Assembly (NCBI GenBank): GCA_016212085.1 | Contig: JACRHL010000012.1 | Location: forward strand, 18,459 to 82,458 | Length of the DNA: 64,000 bases | Origin: Nitrospirota bacterium | GTDB taxonomy: Bacteria; Nitrospirota; JACRHL01 | Direction of reading: 5' to 3' | Shown here: positions 9,427 to 18,763 of the stretch, one piece after another | Layout of the letters: every line of letters starts with the position of its first letter | How positions within the stretch are numbered: the stretch's first letter is position 1 | The notes under the pieces: generated by a model | What the model saw: the letters and a program-made list of their open reading frames with translations, nothing else | Databases searched by the model: none | Told to the model about the DNA's origin: nothing | Program-made: the position numbers and the translations under genes

Positions 9427-9761
9427 TGGACGTTTCGGCGCTTCACGCGGCGGCGCCCGCCGTGCCCCGGCCCGGCAAGGGGGTGAGCAACGCCCAGGCC
9501 GCCAAGGAGATGGAGGCCCTGTTCGTGACCCAGCTCATCAAGGCCATGCGCCAGACGGTCCCCGAAAGCGGCCTGATGTCCGGCGGGCGCGGCGAGGAGC
9601 TCGCCCGCACCATGCAGGACGACGCCATGGGCAAGGCCGTCGCCGCCGCCGGCGGAATCGGTCTCTCCCGCCAGCTGCTCCAGGACCTGGACCGGGTGAA
9701 CCCGCAGGCGGCCGCCGCGGACAAACCGGAACAATCGCCGGGACCAAATGGAACACCGTGA
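9426..9761 (+). CDS. flgJ: rod-binding protein (FlgJ N-terminal domain only, no muramidase domain)
   Basis: ORF 9423..9761; ATG 9426 overlaps the flgI stop (TGATG). ..AAKEMEALFVTQLIKAMRQT.. is the rod-binding motif. Only ~111 aa. Confidence 0.75.
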   Translation: MDVSALHAAAPAVPRPGKGVSNAQAAKEMEALFVTQLIKAMRQTVPESGLMSGGRGEELARTMQDDAMGKAVAAAGGIGLSRQLLQDLDRVNPQAAAADKPEQSPGPNGTP

Positions 9762-9811
9762 ACAAAAATGTCATAACACGCTGAAAATATAAGAAAAAAA
9801 CGCACACATCC

Positions 9812-9839
9812 TCAAGGCGCCCCCACCCCGTTCCCGAAA
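9812..9839 (+). promoter_or_regulatory. sigma-28 (FliA)-type promoter candidate upstream of flgM
   Basis: TCAAG-N17-CCGAAA. Same architecture as the sites at 14410 and 18250. Confidence 0.45.
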
Positions 9840-9914
9840 TGGAATTGTGGACGGGCGGGGCGTTCCGGCAGCCGCCGGAGGCAGGATGAACGAATTGGGT
9901 AGAGGAGGAACACG

Positions 9915-10226
9915 ATGGAGATTCAAGGCAGTTCGATCGGCCCCCGGCTGATCACCGAAAACCGCGACACCGCCCCCGGCGCACCCCGCCAGGCGGACAC
10001 GGGCAAGGCCGAGACGGAGCGTGGCACCGGCGGCGGCCGGGTGGTGCTGTCGGACAAGGCGCGCCAGATGGCGGCCATGCGCGCCGAGGTGGACAAGGCG
10101 CCGGACGTGCGCACCGGCCTGGTGGCCGACCTGTCGCAGCGCATCGCCGCCGGCACCTACGACGTGCGTGGCCGGCTGGTGGCCGAGGCCATGGTGCGCC
10201 AGGCGGCGTTCGAGGCCGTCGCCTGA
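9915..10226 (+). CDS. flgM: anti-sigma-28 factor FlgM
   Basis: ORF track; GAGGAGG RBS. C-terminal ..VRTGLVADLSQRIAAGTYDVRGRLVAEAMV.. is typical FlgM. Confidence 0.85.
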   Translation: MEIQGSSIGPRLITENRDTAPGAPRQADTGKAETERGTGGGRVVLSDKARQMAAMRAEVDKAPDVRTGLVADLSQRIAAGTYDVRGRLVAEAMVRQAAFEAVA

Positions 10227-10228
10227 CG

Positions 10229-10711
10229 GTGGCCACCATGGAACCCACACTGCAACGCATGAAGACCGGCGTCGGGCTGTACACGCGGCTGCGCGACCTG
10301 CTGGCCCGGGAGCAGGACGACCTGGTGCGGCACAACCTGTCGGCCATCGAGTCCCACAATGGCGAGCAGGAGCGGTTGCTCCACGAGATCGCCGACTGGG
10401 AGGGCGAGGTGGCGCATCTGCTGGGCCGCGACCTGGACGACTCCGGCGAGGGCCAAACCCTTTCCCAGGTCATCCGCGAACTGCCCCAGGCCACCCGCAT
10501 CGAGGCGGAACGGGTGCTCACCACCCTGGAGGCCACCGCCCGCGCGGCGCGGCGCCTGGCGGCGGTGAACCACGTGCTGGTGGAGCGCGACCTGGCCACC
10601 GTGGAACTGACCCTGGACGCCTTCACCGGCGGCCCCGCGGGCAAGACCTACGACGCCTATGGCGGCGTCAACCGCGCGGCGCGCAGCACCCTCTTGGCAC
10701 GCAAGGGATAG
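10229..10711 (+). CDS. flgN: flagellar export chaperone FlgN family (start GTG 10229 or ATG 10238)
   Basis: ORF track; position between flgM and flgK, helical Leu/Glu/Arg-rich ~160 aa. Confidence 0.7.
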   Translation: MATMEPTLQRMKTGVGLYTRLRDLLAREQDDLVRHNLSAIESHNGEQERLLHEIADWEGEVAHLLGRDLDDSGEGQTLSQVIRELPQATRIEAERVLTTLEATARAARRLAAVNHVLVERDLATVELTLDAFTGGPAGKTYDAYGGVNRAARSTLLARKG

Positions 10712-10718
10712 ACACCCC

Positions 10719-12614
10719 ATGAGCCTCGGTCCATTGATGGATAACGCCCGGGCGGGCCTTACCGCCGCCCGCTTCGGCATGGAGCTGGTCGGGCGCAACA
10801 TCGCCAACGCCAGCACCCCCGGCTATTCGCGCCAGGAGGTGCAGTTCGAGAGCGTCTCCAGCGGCGGCGTGCGCACCTGGAGCGTGCGCTCGATGGTGGA
10901 CAACTTCGTCCAGACCCGCATCGCCCAGGAGAGCCAGAACCAGGGCCGGCTCGACGTGGAGCGCCGGCTGCTGAGCGAGGTGAGCCCCGTGCTGGGCACC
11001 ACCGAGACCGGGCTCGACGCGGCGCTGACCCAGTTCTTTGGCGCCCTGTCGGCGCTGACGGCCGCGCCGGACGGCACCGAGGAGCGCGCCCAGTTCATGT
11101 TCCGGGCCGAGAACCTGGTGACCGAGTTCAACACCGAGGCGTCGAACCTGGACGGGCTGGCGCGCCAGATCGATGGCGAGATGGGCGTCACCGTCACCCA
11201 GGTCAACAAGATCGCGGCGGACATCGCCAACCTGAACGGCGTCATCAGCCGCGCCGCCGGTAACGACGGCGCCAGCAACCAGATCATCGACCAGCGCACC
11301 GACCTGGTGAACCAGCTGGCCACCCTGGTGGACGCCAGGAGCTTTTCCGACGGCCAGGGCAACGTGAACGTGTTCGTGGCCGGCGGCATGCCGCTGGTGG
11401 AGGGCATCAACAGCTACCAGCTGGCCCTGTCCGGCAGTTCCGGCTATAGCAGCCACCCGGGCGTGGCGGTCATCGGGCCCAGCGGCGAGCAGCTGGACAT
11501 CACCCAGCGGGTCGGCAACGGCGCCCTGGCGGGCATGATCCGCATCCGCGACGACGTGATCGGCGGGGCGCTGGCCGACATCGAACGCATCGCCGCCACC
11601 CTGACCCTGAACTTCAACCGCGTGCACGCCCAGGGCTATGGCCTGGACGGCAGTACCGGCAACGCGTTCTTCAGCGCGCTGAGCGCCAGCACGGTGAACG
11701 CCGCCGAGAACATCGGCCAGCCGTCCGTCGGCGCGGTCGTGAGCGACCTCGCGGCGGTGACCCTGGACGATTACGAGGTGGTGTTCACCTCGCCCTCCCA
11801 GTTCGACCTGCTCAACGCGACCCAGGGCACCACGGTCTCCTCCGGCACCGCCTACACCAGCGGCATGACCCTCGCCGTGGACGGCCTGACCCTGACCTTG
11901 AGCAACGGCGCCAGCGCCCCCCAGGCGGGCGACCGGGTACGCGTTGCCACCGTGGCCGGGCATGGGCGCAACCTGGATATGGTGCTCACGAACCAGGACA
12001 AGGTCGCCGCGGCCACCAGCCTGTCCACCGTGACCACGGCGTCCGCGGGGGCGCAGGGGACCATCGCCGCCACCGTCACCGACGGCACGGCGGTCACCTT
12101 CGACAGCTACGACGTGACGTTCAACGGCAGCGGCCAGTATTCCGTGCGCAACGTCACCACCGGCGCGACCCTGCTGTCGAACGTGCCCTACGTCAGCGGC
12201 GCCAGCTTCACCGTGGACGGCATCCAGGTGACCCTGGCCAACGGCGCCGGGAGCCCGGCGGCGGGAGAGGTCTACACCTTCGCCGGCGAGGCCCTGCCAA
12301 GCGCCAACGGCAACGCCCTTGCGCTGTCGGCGCTGGAGACCGAAAAGCTCATGGACGGCGGCACCCTGACCCTGGCCGAAAAGTTTGCCCGCAGCGCGTC
12401 CCAGGTGGGTGTCGAGCAACAGTCGGTGGACCAGGCGGTGGACGCGCAGGCGCTGGTCATGCAGGCATTGGACCTGCGGCGCGCGGCGGTGTCCGGCGTG
12501 TCGCTCGACGAGGAGGCGGCCAACCTGATCAAGTTCCAGAACACCTACCAGGCCACTGCCCGGCTCATCCGCGTGGCGGATGAGATGCTGCAGACCATCA
12601 TCAACATGGTGTAA
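10719..12614 (+). CDS. flgK: flagellar hook-associated protein 1 FlgK
   Basis: ORF 10659..12614 trimmed to ATG 10719. MSLGPLMDNARAGLTAARFGMELVGRNIANASTPGYSRQ.. and C-terminal ..EEAANLIKFQNTYQATARLI.. Confidence 0.95.
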   Translation: MSLGPLMDNARAGLTAARFGMELVGRNIANASTPGYSRQEVQFESVSSGGVRTWSVRSMVDNFVQTRIAQESQNQGRLDVERRLLSEVSPVLGTTETGLDAALTQFFGALSALTAAPDGTEERAQFMFRAENLVTEFNTEASNLDGLARQIDGEMGVTVTQVNKIAADIANLNGVISRAAGNDGASNQIIDQRTDLVNQLATLVDARSFSDGQGNVNVFVAGGMPLVEGINSYQLALSGSSGYSSHPGVAVIGPSGEQLDITQRVGNGALAGMIRIRDDVIGGALADIERIAATLTLNFNRVHAQGYGLDGSTGNAFFSALSASTVNAAENIGQPSVGAVVSDLAAVTLDDYEVVFTSPSQFDLLNATQGTTVSSGTAYTSGMTLAVDGLTLTLSNGASAPQAGDRVRVATVAGHGRNLDMVLTNQDKVAAATSLSTVTTASAGAQGTIAATVTDGTAVTFDSYDVTFNGSGQYSVRNVTTGATLLSNVPYVSGASFTVDGIQVTLANGAGSPAAGEVYTFAGEALPSANGNALALSALETEKLMDGGTLTLAEKFARSASQVGVEQQSVDQAVDAQALVMQALDLRRAAVSGVSLDEEAANLIKFQNTYQATARLIRVADEMLQTIINMV

Positions 12615-12616
12615 CC

Positions 12617-13510
12617 GTGGCTATCCGCATTCCAGAGTTCGCCCTGAGCGAGAGCGTCCTGTTCAACATGGCGAGCGGCCAGCGCCAGGTGGCCACGCTC
12701 AGCACCCAGGTGGCGAGCGGCAAGCGCGTGCAGTCCCCCGCCGACGACGCGGTGGCCTTCGCCAAGGCCAAGAACCTGCGCGGCGTGCTGGCCGCCACCA
12801 ACCAGTACCAGGAGAACATCGGCCACGTGGAGGACCGCCTCGGGGTGGCCGAGACCAGCCTGGGAGGCATGCAGGACATCCTGACGCGCGCCAAGGAGCT
12901 GGGGCTGGCCATGGCCAACGCCACCGTCAGCGAATCGCAACGGACCCTGATGGCCACCGAGGCGCAGCATCTGATCGACGAGCTGGTCAACCTGGGCAAC
13001 ACCCAGTTGAACGGGCGCTATATCTTCAGCGGCGCCCGGAGCGGCACCCCGGCCTTTGGCGCCACGGGCAGCTACCGGGGCGACGCCAGCGTGCAACGGG
13101 TGGAGGTGGGCGAGGGGATCCTGGTGGATGCCAACGTCACCGGCGACCAGGTGCTGGCCGGTGCCGGCGGCGGGGTGGACGCCTTCGCGCTGCTCACCCA
13201 GCTGCGCGACGGCCTCGGCGCCAACGACCAGGCCGCCATCGCCGCCACCCTCGACCCGCTCGACAGCGCCTACGACCAGGTGACCCGGGCGCGCATGACG
13301 GCGGGGCTGCAACTGTCCAAGCTGGACATGCGCCGCGCCAACCTGGAGGAGGTGGCGTTTCAGACCGAGCGCCTGCTGTCCGGGCAGGAGGATGTGGACA
13401 TGGCCAGCGCGGTCTCGCAACTGGTGACGCAACAGAACAACCTGGAGGTGTCGCGCTCGGTGCTGGGCAGGCTGCTCGCCGAGCCAACCCTGTTCAGCTA
13501 CCTGCGTTAG
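12617..13510 (+). CDS. flgL: flagellar hook-associated protein 3 FlgL
   Basis: ORF track (GTG start); flagellin-like N-terminus ..LSTQVASGKRVQSPADDAVAFAKA.. Confidence 0.9.
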   Translation: MAIRIPEFALSESVLFNMASGQRQVATLSTQVASGKRVQSPADDAVAFAKAKNLRGVLAATNQYQENIGHVEDRLGVAETSLGGMQDILTRAKELGLAMANATVSESQRTLMATEAQHLIDELVNLGNTQLNGRYIFSGARSGTPAFGATGSYRGDASVQRVEVGEGILVDANVTGDQVLAGAGGGVDAFALLTQLRDGLGANDQAAIAATLDPLDSAYDQVTRARMTAGLQLSKLDMRRANLEEVAFQTERLLSGQEDVDMASAVSQLVTQQNNLEVSRSVLGRLLAEPTLFSYLR

Positions 13511-13607
13511 GCGATCAAGACGGCCTGGCGCCCCCCGGCGTGGCGTGCGGGCAGCAACGGCGGCTCGGCCGGAAACGGCCCGCCACCCATAAACAGAGAG
13601 GGTCTAC

Positions 13608-13871
13608 GTGCTCATTCTGACACGGAAGTTGGGTGAGGGAATCATCATTGGCGCCGACGTGGTGGTCCGGGTGATCGAGGTCAAGGGGGGGCAGGTCAAG
13701 CTGGGCATCGACGCGCCACAGAAGACGACGGTCCACCGCGAGGAGGTATACCGGAGGATTTGTGAGGAGAACGTGCGCGCCGCGACCCACGTGCCCACCC
13801 GCCTGGATGGCGTGGTGCGCGCGCTGAACGCGCGGCGTGAACGGGATGATGGGGGGGGCGCTCCCGCGTGA
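13608..13871 (+). CDS. csrA: carbon storage regulator CsrA, long-C-terminus (flagellar/FliW-type)
   Basis: ORF track; [48 protein letters not shown].. At 87 aa it extends well past the core fold. Confidence 0.95.
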   Translation: MLILTRKLGEGIIIGADVVVRVIEVKGGQVKLGIDAPQKTTVHREEVYRRICEENVRAATHVPTRLDGVVRALNARRERDDGGGAPA

Positions 13872-13930
13872 GCGGCGTGCCCATGCCCGACCGGCGGCAT
13901 TTTTCAATTCCCTGCAAGGAGGGGCGACAG

Positions 13931-14395
13931 ATGACACAGAACGGCATGCTTACCGTGGAAACCTCCCGGTTTGGCGCCATCGAGGTGCACGGCGACACGG
14001 TGCTGACCTTCCCCAACGGCCTGGTGGGCATGGAGCAGCTCAAGGGCTTCGTGTTGATCGAGGGGGCGGGGCCGTTCCAGTGGATGCAGTCCCTGGACGA
14101 TCCCGACGCCTGCTTCGTGGTGATCGATTCCGAGGAGGTCATCGGCGATTACGTCGTCACCCCCGCCGCCGAGGACCTGGCGGTGGTGACGGGCGATGCG
14201 CCCGGCGCGGCCCTCATCGCCCTGTTGATCGTGACCGTGCCGCGCGACGAGAGCGCGCCGCTGACCGCAAACCTGCTGGCGCCGTTGCTGGTCAACCTGG
14301 GCAACCGCAGCGGCGTGCAGGCGGTGCTCACCGATCGCCACCCGGTGCGCCACCCGATCATGGTGCGCAACCAGACGCTGGCATCCACGGGCTGA
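13931..14395 (+). CDS. fliW: flagellar assembly factor FliW
   Basis: ORF 13868..14395 trimmed to ATG 13931 (AAGGAGGGG upstream). ..TSRFGAIEVHGDTVLTFPNGLVGMEQLKGFVLIE.. ..LTANLLAPLLVN.. Confidence 0.9.
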   Translation: MTQNGMLTVETSRFGAIEVHGDTVLTFPNGLVGMEQLKGFVLIEGAGPFQWMQSLDDPDACFVVIDSEEVIGDYVVTPAAEDLAVVTGDAPGAALIALLIVTVPRDESAPLTANLLAPLLVNLGNRSGVQAVLTDRHPVRHPIMVRNQTLASTG

Positions 14396-14409
14396 GCGGA
14401 TTTTTTCCT

Positions 14410-14436
14410 TCAAGTCCCCCCCGTGGGGCACCGAAA
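14410..14436 (+). promoter_or_regulatory. sigma-28 (FliA)-type promoter candidate upstream of fliC
   Basis: TCAAG-N16-CCGAAA about 160 nt upstream of the fliC ATG. Confidence 0.45.
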
Positions 14437-14540
14437 GGTAGGGGTAGGCGTGTCGTGCCCTTTTCGGGTGCCGGCACGGGTGGGGTGACGATTCCAGCCG
14501 GCTCGACGGGGTGTCGGGCGGGCACACAAGAACGGGCGGG

Positions 14541-14590
14541 CAAGGAAGCCCTCCCCGGCGGCGTAACGGCCGCCAGCAAACGCCAAGGAG
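14541..14590 (+). promoter_or_regulatory. two candidate CsrA-binding GGA sites in the fliC 5' leader
   Basis: gggcAAGGAAgccc (GGA in the loop of a short GC stem, 14537-14552) and cgccAAGGAGaac (14585-14590) overlapping the Shine-Dalgarno sequence. Confidence 0.4.
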
Positions 14591-14596
14591 AACACA

Positions 14597-16048
14597 ATGG
14601 CACTTACCGTTAACACCAACGTATCGTCGCTGTCCGCCCAGCGGAGCTTGACGAAGTCGTCCCAGACCATGGGCACGACCTTGCAGCGCCTGGCCTCCGG
14701 CCTGCGCATCAACAGCGCGAAGGACGACGCCGCCGGCATGGCGATCTCCAACCGCATGACCACCCAGATCCGGGGCCTGAACCAGGCGGCCCGGAACGCC
14801 AACGACGGCATCTCCATGGCCCAGACCGCCGAGGGCGCGCTGGGCGAGACCACTTCCGCCCTGCAGCGCCTGCGCGAGCTGGCCATCCAGTCCGCCAACG
14901 GCACCAACAGCACGTCCGACCGTGCCGCGTTGAACGCGGAGGCGGACCAGCTGATCGCCGAGATCGACCTGATCGCCAGCACCACCGAGTTCAACGGCCT
15001 GAAGCTGCTCGACGGCACCTTCGGGAGCCAGACCATCCAGGTGGGCGCCAACGCCTCGCAGACCATCTCGGTCTCGATCGCCGGCGCGACCGCCAGCCTG
15101 TTGGGTGCCAACGCCACCACCACGTCCACCGGGACCACGGTGGCCGACGCCAAGACCGCCGGCTCGCTCACCTCGCCGAACGGCGTGCTCAAGATCAACG
15201 GCACGACCATCACCACGGCCACCGACGGCGTGTCCACCACCGATGCCACGGCCTCGGGCAAGGCCGTCGCCGCCGGCATCAACGCCCTGTCGGGCACCAC
15301 CAAGGTGACGGCGACGGTGAACGCCACCACCGCCACCATGGGCACCGTGGCGGCCAGCACCGTCGCCTCCGGCGAGCTGGTCATCAACGGCGTCAACATC
15401 ATCGCCACGTCGGTGAGTGGTGACTCCGACGGCGCGCTGCGCGCCGCCATCAACGCGGTGAGCAACCAGACCGGCGTGAGCGCCAGCCTGGACGGCAGCA
15501 GCAACCTGATCCTGACCGCCACCGACGGCCGCAACATCCGCCTGGGCACCGACGGCACCAACGCCGTCGCCACCCTGAGCGGGTTTGCCCTGAACGGCGC
15601 CGCCGCCAACGACGATGTGGTGGTGGGCACGGTGACCCTGAACGGCGACGCCGCCTTCGTGGTGGACACGGGCATCGCCAAGGCCACCCACGGCATGACC
15701 ATCACCGCGAACACCTACTCGGTGAGCACCACCAACGCGGTGACCAACGTGGACCTGACCACGGCGTCCAATGCCACCACTGCCATCACCAACCTGGACC
15801 GCGCGCTGGACAATGTCAACTCCCTGCGCGGCAACCTGGGCGCGGTGCAGGTCCGTTTCGAGTCGACCATCAACCGCCTGACCACCACGTCCGAGAACCT
15901 CTCGGCCGCCCGGTCGCGCATCGTTGATGCCGACTTCGCCTCGGAGACCGCGGAGCTGACCCGCAACCAGATCCTGCAGCAGGCCGGTACCGCCATTCTG
16001 GCGCAGGCCAACCAGCAGCCGCAGCTGGCGCTGCAACTGTTGCGGTAA
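14597..16048 (+). CDS. fliC: flagellin
   Basis: ORF track; [41 protein letters not shown].. and C-terminal ..[34 protein letters not shown].. Confidence 0.97.
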   Translation: MALTVNTNVSSLSAQRSLTKSSQTMGTTLQRLASGLRINSAKDDAAGMAISNRMTTQIRGLNQAARNANDGISMAQTAEGALGETTSALQRLRELAIQSANGTNSTSDRAALNAEADQLIAEIDLIASTTEFNGLKLLDGTFGSQTIQVGANASQTISVSIAGATASLLGANATTTSTGTTVADAKTAGSLTSPNGVLKINGTTITTATDGVSTTDATASGKAVAAGINALSGTTKVTATVNATTATMGTVAASTVASGELVINGVNIIATSVSGDSDGALRAAINAVSNQTGVSASLDGSSNLILTATDGRNIRLGTDGTNAVATLSGFALNGAAANDDVVVGTVTLNGDAAFVVDTGIAKATHGMTITANTYSVSTTNAVTNVDLTTASNATTAITNLDRALDNVNSLRGNLGAVQVRFESTINRLTTTSENLSAARSRIVDADFASETAELTRNQILQQAGTAILAQANQQPQLALQLLR

Positions 16049-16091
16049 GCGGGGATCGGGGTGTCGGAACCAGACGCCGCATGATGGCCAT

Positions 16092-16122
16092 GGCGCGGGC
16101 GGGGCTTGGCCCCGCCCGCGCC
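16092..16122 (+). terminator. GC-rich hairpin downstream of fliC (no T-tract)
   Basis: GGCGCGGGCGGGGC-TTG-GCCCCGCCCGCGCC inverted repeat read directly. Confidence 0.4.
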
Positions 16123-16343
16123 TGCGCCGTGGCGGGGCCGAACCAATGAGTTGGCGACGAGACGCTGGCGTAAGGAGGAGGGAGAAGGCTTAACGGGAGA
16201 GAGATGTCGTTCCGACGGGAGGGAAACGGGCCGCATGCCGGATTCGGTGGGCGGTCCGCCCAAGGGGAGCGGCCACGGCACACGGGGGAATTAAGCGTTC
16301 AACGCCACGCATCTTCTTGATTTTTTAAGAAGAGGCACAGGCC

Positions 16344-16757
16344 ATGTTGAATATCGAGGCATCGGCTTTCGCCACGCAGAGTGTGGCGATGGCGCGTACG
16401 AATCGGGGGGACGAAACCGCGTCCTCCCAGTTGGCGAAAACCCCGCCGACGCAAACCGCCGTTCCCGAACAGGCGGTGACACCGGTCCAGTCCGGGGAGG
16501 CGGGCCAGATGGTCCACGCCCAGGCGGATCAGGTCAGGGAGGCCGTTGAACGGCTCAACGACACCCTGCGCAAATACCGGCCACTGGCCGATACCGCGGT
16601 GCGGTTTTCGGTGAACGACCAGGCCGACGTGCTGGTTGTCCAGGTGATCGACAGGGAGACCGACGAGATCCTCCGGCAGATTCCGGGGGAGGACGTGCTG
16701 AACCGGCTCTCCTCGCGGGAAAACATGAAGGGGCTCCTGTTCGATACAGAGAGCTGA
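16344..16757 (+). CDS. flaG: flagellar protein FlaG
   Basis: ORF track; ..VREAVERLNDTLRKYRPLADTAVRFSVNDQADVLVVQVIDRETDEILRQIPGEDVL.. is typical FlaG. Confidence 0.85.
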   Translation: MLNIEASAFATQSVAMARTNRGDETASSQLAKTPPTQTAVPEQAVTPVQSGEAGQMVHAQADQVREAVERLNDTLRKYRPLADTAVRFSVNDQADVLVVQVIDRETDEILRQIPGEDVLNRLSSRENMKGLLFDTES

Positions 16758-16775
16758 CGAAAAGGGCGTTCCGAC

Positions 16776-18128
16776 ATGGCCGAAATCACGTTCAGCGGGC
16801 TGGCCAGCGGCCTGCCCGCTGACCTGGTCGACAAGTTGGTGGCCATTCAGAAGCAGCCGCTCAATGCATTGGCGGGCCGCAAGGTCGAGGTGCAGACGCG
16901 CCTGGCCGCCGTGCAGGACCTGAACGCCAAGCTGCTCAGCATGAAGAGCGCCATGGAAGGGCTCGACGCGGCGGCGGACTACCAGCCGCGCAGCGCCACC
17001 TCGTCCAACACGACCTTCGCCACCGTGACGGCGTCGAGCAACGCCTCGGCGGGCAGCTACAGCCTGTCCAACATCGTCCTGGCCGACAACAACCAGTTGC
17101 GCCTGACCACCGGCGTCGTCAGCAAGACCGACCCGCTCGCCAGCGGCACCTTCGCCTTCACCTACGCCGGCGGCACCGAGAAGCAGGTGGTCATCAGCGG
17201 TGGCGAGAGCATGGTGGACCTGGCCGAGGACATCAACGCCCTGGGCACGGGCGTGGCCGCCACCATCATCAACGACGGCAGCCGGGACCACCTGGTGCTG
17301 ACCGGCGCGGACACGGGTGCCGCCAAGACCATCGCGGTGACGGTCAACACCACGCTCACGGGTTTCGAGAGCGCCGATTTCACCACCGTCTCCACCGCCG
17401 CCAACGCCTCCTTCACCCTCGACGGGATGCCGGTGTCGGGATTGTCCAACACATTCACCACGGCCATCGAGGGGGTGACCATCAACCTCGTCAAGGCCAC
17501 CGCCGGCGAAACCGTGGCCCTGTCCGTGCAGGCCGATACCAGCGCGGTGAAGACCAAGATCAAGTCGTTCGTGGACGCCTACAACACGGTGGCCTCGCTG
17601 CTGCATGCCCACTCCCAGTACGACAAGGATACGGGCAGGCACACGGTGTTGTTTGCCGACAGCGCCGTCCGCGGCATCGAGTCGCAGATGCGGCGCATCA
17701 TCACCACGCCCGTCTCGGGTCTGACGGGCACCTATACCACCCTGGCGGAGCTGGGCATCACCACCAGCACGGCCGACGGCACCCTGAGCATCAACGACAG
17801 CAAGCTGTCCACCGCGCTGTCCAGCGATTTCAACGGCGTCGGCAAGCTGTTCTACGCTGCCACCGCCACCCAGGGCTACGCCAAGCAGTTCGTCGACTAC
17901 CTGGGCTCCGTGACCTCCACGGCCGATGGCGTCATGAACGGCAAGGAGGTGTCGATCAACAAGCGGATCGATGCCCTCGACCGCCAGATCGAGCGCACCC
18001 AGCAACGCCTGTCCATCACCGAGGCGCGCATCCGCGCCCAATACGCCAGCCTGGAAACGCTGATCAGCAACATGAACAGCAGCACCAGCGGCGCCCTGCA
18101 ATCGCTCCAGAACCTGGTCAACGCCTAG
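16776..18128 (+). CDS. fliD: flagellar filament cap protein FliD
   Basis: ORF track; MAEITFSGLASGLPADLVDKLVAIQKQPL.. and C-terminal ..RIRAQYASLETLISNMNS.. Confidence 0.93.
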   Translation: MAEITFSGLASGLPADLVDKLVAIQKQPLNALAGRKVEVQTRLAAVQDLNAKLLSMKSAMEGLDAAADYQPRSATSSNTTFATVTASSNASAGSYSLSNIVLADNNQLRLTTGVVSKTDPLASGTFAFTYAGGTEKQVVISGGESMVDLAEDINALGTGVAATIINDGSRDHLVLTGADTGAAKTIAVTVNTTLTGFESADFTTVSTAANASFTLDGMPVSGLSNTFTTAIEGVTINLVKATAGETVALSVQADTSAVKTKIKSFVDAYNTVASLLHAHSQYDKDTGRHTVLFADSAVRGIESQMRRIITTPVSGLTGTYTTLAELGITTSTADGTLSINDSKLSTALSSDFNGVGKLFYAATATQGYAKQFVDYLGSVTSTADGVMNGKEVSINKRIDALDRQIERTQQRLSITEARIRAQYASLETLISNMNSSTSGALQSLQNLVNA

Positions 18129-18249
18129 GCCCACGGCCGGCGCCACCCCCCCCTTCCGACATCGTTTCCAGCGTGGCGCCGCCCGGGTGTCCGCGCCCCC
18201 GTGCGTCCCGGGCGCGCTTCCCGGCCCGGTCGCGCCGGGCCGAATCCCG

Positions 18250-18277
18250 TTAAGGCCGTGTACGTAATTACCGATAT
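18250..18277 (+). promoter_or_regulatory. sigma-28 (FliA)-type promoter candidate upstream of fliS
   Basis: TTAAG-N16-CCGATAT, close to the enteric TAAAG-N15-GCCGATAA pattern; ~37 nt upstream of ATG 18314. Confidence 0.55.
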
Positions 18278-18313
18278 GGATGGCAGGGGAACCACCATGC
18301 GAGTAAGGAAATC

Positions 18314-18763
18314 ATGGCCAATCCGTATACACAGCAATATGCCCAGGTTCAAGCCAGCACCGTCAGTCAGGAACGTCTGCTGGTCCTCCTCTACGAGGGG
18401 GCGATCAAGTTCCTGGGGCAGGCCCGTGAGTCCCTGGGCGAAAACCGGCTGTCCCGGGGCAAGACGGCGCTCAGCAAGGCCATGGCCATCATCGCCGAGC
18501 TTCAGAATTCCCTGGACCTGAAGGCCGGCTGGTCCGGGGCCGAGGACCTGTATCACCTGTACGGATACATGACCCTGGAACTGACCCAGGCCAACCTGAA
18601 GGGCGAGCTGGAGCGCATCGACCAGGTGCGTGACCTGCTGGGCGGCCTTTGCGATGCGTGGCGCCAGGCGATAGAATCCCAGGAGAGGGAGGCGGTCGCC
18701 TCCCGTGTTCCGGGCGCCGCCTCCCTGACCGGAGAACGGACCCGTTTCCGCGCCAGCGTCTAG
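18314..18763 (+). CDS. fliS: flagellin-specific export chaperone FliS
   Basis: ORF track; ..SQERLLVLLYEGAIKFL.. ..AMAIIAELQNSLD.. ..LYGYMTLEL.. Confidence 0.92.
   Translation: MANPYTQQYAQVQASTVSQERLLVLLYEGAIKFLGQARESLGENRLSRGKTALSKAMAIIAELQNSLDLKAGWSGAEDLYHLYGYMTLELTQANLKGELERIDQVRDLLGGLCDAWRQAIESQEREAVASRVPGAASLTGERTRFRASV

Noticed and set aside
10693-10710. TTGGCACGCAAGGGATAG as a sigma-54 promoter for flgK
   Set aside because: It has a good -24 TGGCAC but no GC at the -12 position with correct spacing, and it lies inside the end of flgN.
13904-16036. 710-aa minus-strand ORF
   Set aside because: Antisense to fliW and fliC, with repetitive Gly/Arg/Ala composition. A shadow ORF.
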